Assembly (NCBI RefSeq): GCF_001194135.2
Contig: NC_068992.1
Span: 33,997,096-34,047,665, forward strand
DNA from: Octopus bimaculoides
Taxonomy: Eukaryota
Direction: 5' to 3'
Length of the DNA stretch: 50,570 nt
Part shown: one piece after another, positions 50,326-50,570 of the stretch
How the letters are laid out: every line of letters begins with the position of its first letter
Numbering within the stretch: the first letter of the stretch is position 1
Program-made: the position numbers and the translations under genes
The notes under the pieces: generated by a model
The model's database searches: none
What the model saw: the letters and a program-made list of their open reading frames with translations, nothing else
What the model was told of the DNA's origin: nothing

Positions 50326-50570
50326 GGGACAAACGGTAGGACGGACGACGGAACAGATTTCGGTGTGTACCTAGACGACCTGCCGCAACTCTCGACCAGC
50401 GAGGCCGAGTGCTGCGAAGGACCGATATCTGCCTGGGAAGTACGGGAAGCGATGAAAGGCTGCACGAGAGGTAGATCGCCGGGTTTGGATGGTCTGCCTT
50501 ACGAGCTTTATACGTCAATGCCAGACTTGTTTGCGGGCGTCTTGGCAAACGTCTACTACAACTGGCAACA
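50326..50570 (+). mobile_element. Tx1/L1-clade ORF2 (RT) fragment, 5'-truncated, continues past the window
   Basis: Open frame DFGVYLDDLPQLSTSEAECCEGPISAWEVREAMKGCTRGRSPGLDGLPYELY; CpG-rich. Confidence 0.85.

Overview
AT-rich, microsatellite-dense eukaryotic DNA with many N gaps. The repeat families (tRNA-headed SINEs, RTE LINEs, mariners) look like those of cephalopods, probably Octopus; this is inference from pattern recognition, not a search. No intact host gene is supported; one 67-nt coding-like exon is possible at 2061-2127. The window is a layered transposon graveyard: four SINE-like families, RTE and R4/Dong LINE fragments, DD34D, DD37D and DD41D Tc1/mariner elements, hAT and Helitron-like pieces, hammerhead-like remnants and a decayed 5S rRNA copy. 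Three structures stand out. (1) A 2.24-kb Tx1/L1-type element with only ORF1 sits inside the tRNA-like head of a SINE with a 13-bp TSD (2199-4437). (2) A ~2.5-kb non-autonomous Gypsy-like LTR element has an integrated end that runs 48 bp past the LTR, through a tRNA-Trp PBS, to a second copy of the LTR terminus (20157-22665). (3) A 92-bp near-identical copy of an internal piece of the local R4 LINE lies 1.8 kb upstream of it. All alignments and counts were made by eye.
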